From NCBI GenBank assembly GCA_963796965.1, contig CAWCNS010000008.1:32001-96000 (forward strand): a stretch of DNA of 64,000 bases, given 5' to 3'. The first letter of the stretch is position 1, and every line of letters begins with the position of its first letter. Position numbers and translations under genes: made by a program. Below the pieces are notes generated by a model. The model searched no databases, had not been told where the DNA came from, and worked only from the letters and a program-made list of their open reading frames with translations. This stretch comes from Calditrichia bacterium (lineage in GTDB: Bacteria > Calditrichota > Calditrichia > JAJRVZ01). This document shows positions 61,109 through 64,000 of the stretch, one piece after another.

Positions 61109-61287
61109 CACAAAGAGCACAAAGAATGCACAAAGGTCACAAAGATCACTGTTCACGAATTACACGAATTACACGAATTATCATTAATTACTAGTATAAA
61201 ACTATGTTAAATAATAAAAAAAAACTCTGCGAACTCTGCGACTTTGCGTCTCTGCGAGGGAAAAAGACAAACACAAAGGACACAAAG
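61109..61287. repeat. Mixed 9-mer-period tandem arrays
   Basis: CACAAAG x4 (61109-61144); CACGAATTA x3 (61154-61180); CTYTGCG x4 (61225-61256); CACAAAG x2 (61272-61287). Confidence 0.8.
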
Positions 61288-61302
61288 ATTCATATAATAA
61301 TT

Positions 61303-64000
61303 TTAATCTGTCAACTGCAGATTTACTTTCCCGACTATCTCCATACCGGGCATGATCTTCTTCCGCTCCCAATCATAATGCCGGGCCAGGAAGACATCCG
61401 CCCCGCCCGTATCATAATTGGCTATGAGCAAACGACTCATACCATCGGCTATCCAGGCACGGATATGCTGATTTCCATCGGAATTTACCCGCATCCCCTG
61501 GCCATCTTTGTCTGATAATTTTGCATAGAAGATTGATTTGCGGGTGGCCCTGAAATCATTACAGCCCATGGGATGGTAATCATAAGCCCAGGCCTTTTTG
61601 GGTTCCTGGCGAAAATCTTTAATTTCACCGGCACCATCCGGGAATGCAACCGCCACCCCACGCGTCCGGCCAATATGATCATCGGGATAATAGGACCATA
61701 AGGATTGCCTCTCCCATTCTAACGTTTGGAATTCCTCACCCAGATCCATTACAATCCCGATCTGCCGGGGCTGGACTTCTGATTTTGATTCGAAATCATA
61801 GGTGATGGTAAGATTTCCTTCTCCGTAAAAGTGATAGGTGTAGCCGCCTTCCGCCTCCTTGTAAGCACCCTCCACTTCAATTCTAATTTCGCCTTCATCC
61901 TGATCGGAGGTGACCGACTCCGGTTCCCAGTTGGAACATCTGTCATTAAAGGGAGTTATTTCACGGCTATGTTCCGTGGAGCATGGGCCGCCGATCAAGG
62001 GGAGCATCATTAAACGCGGTCCGCCTCTGATAATCTTTGTGCCGTTTTTTATCCCCTCTAAAATCTTACCGCTCTCTTTATCAATTTTCCAACTTACTTT
62101 ATTTCCCGTAACCAGGATATAATCGGAGGTGGTTTTTAGTGTAAGATTGCCCGATCCCGGCTTAGCGGCTTTTTTTCTTGCACTTTTTGACACGCCAACC
62201 GGGAATTCAAAACGATCCACCATAACCCCGCGTTGGTCATTAAAGATGAGGGTTAATACCTCTCCCTCATCTACCTGATCTTTTAGTTTAATACGTAGGA
62301 GACCTTCCACTCCAGGTGCCACATCGGTGAGCGCCTTTCCCTGCTGATTTCCCACCTGCCATTGAATATCCAATTCGGACAGGTTGGTATAGGTATACCG
62401 ATTTTCTACTTGTAGCGTACCCACCATACCGCTACCTGAAAATTCGATCTTCTCTGAAAGGATACGTACGGGTGAATAGACTTTTTTCACATGCCAGTAT
62501 TCCGGTTTTTTGCGGCGCCAACCGTCAATTGGTCCCCATTCACCATAGCCAATGGCTTTCCCCGATGGTAGTTCAAATACATCATCGATGCCGGACCATA
62601 TGGCACCACCCAGACAGCCCTTGCTTTTGTACATATTATCCCACATGGGCTTTAGAGCAAAACCATAATAATCCCGCACACCAGGATCGGTGATGATTTC
62701 CTGACGGTTATAGGTATTCAGATGACAATATTCGCCAAAAACAATCGGGCGTTTAAAATTTTCGGCCCGTTTGGGACCCTCAGGACCGGGATAATGAATG
62801 TTGGCTACCGGCATTCTTTGACTGCCATAATTGTTATAACCGCCCCAGGCCTGATCATGAAAGGATTTGGGTCGGGATGGATCGAGAATATTAGCCAAAT
62901 CGGCCGCCTTGTCCCAGTTTCGCGTCCAGATCGATTCATTGGCCATGGACCAGATGATCACACTGGGATGGTTATGATAATACCTTATGGTCTCCAGGAT
63001 ACCCTGATTAAGGTGCTGGGAGAGGGCCGCCGCCTGGGGGCTGCGTTTTTTCCAGGTGGAATTGGCATTATGCCCGATCCAGACAAAAGGGGCTTCCAAC
63101 TCAACAAATAAGCCCAGGGAATCGCAATATTCAATAAACTCTTTAGCCGGTGGATAATGGGAAGTACGGATATAATTCATATTGGCACCCCGGAAGAGAT
63201 CAGCATCCTTATACCATAATTCCTTTTTTAAACTGCGCCCTAAAACAGGATGAACTTCATGACGGTTGATGCCTTTGAGTTTTATGGGCTTTCCATTGAC
63301 AAAGACCTGGTTATCACGTACCTCTACCTCTCTGAAACCAATTTTCTGGGCGATACTTTCCAATGGTTTTTCACCATTCATGAGGGTTGTGGTGAGGGTA
63401 TAGAGATTTGGATGTTCCGATTCCCACGATTTAATTTTACTGACCGGGATTTCAATTTTGAAGAGATCCCTATCCCCTTCTGGTATATCGCTTTGCTCGT
63501 AGACCTTGACGATATTACCTGCCGGATCCTCTAATTGAAAATTTAGACTTAATTCTTCGGCCGGGTATCCATCCGAATAGCCAATACCACTGACTACCCG
63601 CAACCGGGCGTTCTGATAGTCCTTATCCAATTCCGTATTCACATAAAATTTATTAATAAATGTAAGCGGTTTGGCAAATAGAAATATCTTGCGGGTAATA
63701 CCCCCCATTTGATGGGCAGCGTATTGGGTGCCGCTGGCCAGCGTGTCCGCCAGGGTTTCATTTTTTACCAGCAGGGCTATCAGGTTCTTTTCACCTGGTT
63801 TTAAATAATCGGTAACATCAAATTCAAACGGGGTAAACCCTCCCTCATGTTCGCCCACTTCTCTTTGATTGATAAAAACTTTGCCCTCAGAATAAACCGC
63901 ATCGCAGCGTAAGATGATCCGATTTTGTTTCCAGTCGTCGGGAACTTTAAAGGGAAGATAATATCCGGCATCAGCTATTGGGTTCAACTTCAAATCCCTG
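61303..64000 (-). CDS. Glycoside hydrolase family 2 (beta-galactosidase-like); 5' end beyond the window
   Basis: HEGGFTPFEFDVT; GGITR; W..EHPNLY; GFREVE; KGINRHE; IRTSHYPP; WSMANES; GEYCH; GGAIWSGID. Confidence 0.92.
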   Translation of the reverse strand, partial: RDLKLNPIADAGYYLPFKVPDDWKQNRIILRCDAVYSEGKVFINQREVGEHEGGFTPFEFDVTDYLKPGEKNLIALLVKNETLADTLASGTQYAAHQMGGITRKIFLFAKPLTFINKFYVNTELDKDYQNARLRVVSGIGYSDGYPAEELSLNFQLEDPAGNIVKVYEQSDIPEGDRDLFKIEIPVSKIKSWESEHPNLYTLTTTLMNGEKPLESIAQKIGFREVEVRDNQVFVNGKPIKLKGINRHEVHPVLGRSLKKELWYKDADLFRGANMNYIRTSHYPPAKEFIEYCDSLGLFVELEAPFVWIGHNANSTWKKRSPQAAALSQHLNQGILETIRYYHNHPSVIIWSMANESIWTRNWDKAADLANILDPSRPKSFHDQAWGGYNNYGSQRMPVANIHYPGPEGPKRAENFKRPIVFGEYCHLNTYNRQEIITDPGVRDYYGFALKPMWDNMYKSKGCLGGAIWSGIDDVFELPSGKAIGYGEWGPIDGWRRKKPEYWHVKKVYSPVRILSEKIEFSGSGMVGTLQVENRYTYTNLSELDIQWQVGNQQGKALTDVAPGVEGLLRIKLKDQVDEGEVLTLIFNDQRGVMVDRFEFPVGVSKSARKKAAKPGSGNLTLKTTSDYILVTGNKVSWKIDKESGKILEGIKNGTKIIRGGPRLMMLPLIGGPCSTEHSREITPFNDRCSNWEPESVTSDQDEGEIRIEVEGAYKEAEGGYTYHFYGEGNLTITYDFESKSEVQPRQIGIVMDLGEEFQTLEWERQSLWSYYPDDHIGRTRGVAVAFPDGAGEIKDFRQEPKKAWAYDYHPMGCNDFRATRKSIFYAKLSDKDGQGMRVNSDGNQHIRAWIADGMSRLLIANYDTGGADVFLARHYDWERKKIMPGMEIVGKVNLQLTD

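Noticed and set aside
61109..61287. CRISPR array
   Set aside because: Units are 7-9 nt without unique 30-40-nt spacers; no cas genes in the window.

Overview
64 kb of AT-rich bacterial chromosome. Four secreted proteins carry NYPNPFNP-type C-terminal sorting domains, suggesting a Calditrichota/KSB1/FCB-type organism (inference). About 50 genes are present and essentially all lie on the minus strand; the one plausible exception is a 98-aa helical ORF at 59423-59719. Content: a MacB/FtsX ABC permease, secreted beta-propeller proteins, many glycan-acting enzymes (GH97, GH116, GH10, GH29, GH92, GH2, sulfatase, PNGase F-like, polysaccharide deacetylase), peptidases (M20, S9, gluzincin-like), two serine hydrolases, a non-pyrrolysine MttB homologue next to a saccharopine/lysine dehydrogenase, and a Kef-type antiporter. 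More than a dozen genes are split by single-base frameshifts, most likely long-read indel errors. Most notable: (1) a class III nucleotide cyclase fused to a MalT-type STAND/TPR module that lacks its LuxR HTH; (2) an actinobacterial-type accessory SecA2 preceded by a signal-peptide-bearing ORF that may be a SecM-like leader; (3) a GC-mosaic block at about 40-49 kb whose genes are separated by eroded attC-like hairpins, with no integrase in the window; (4) several families of intergenic palindromes, MITEs and 7/9-mer arrays, with a heptamer array also embedded in sorting-domain coding DNA. No rRNA, tRNA, CRISPR array, transposase or integrase gene was recognised. All assignments come from motif recognition; no database searches were run.
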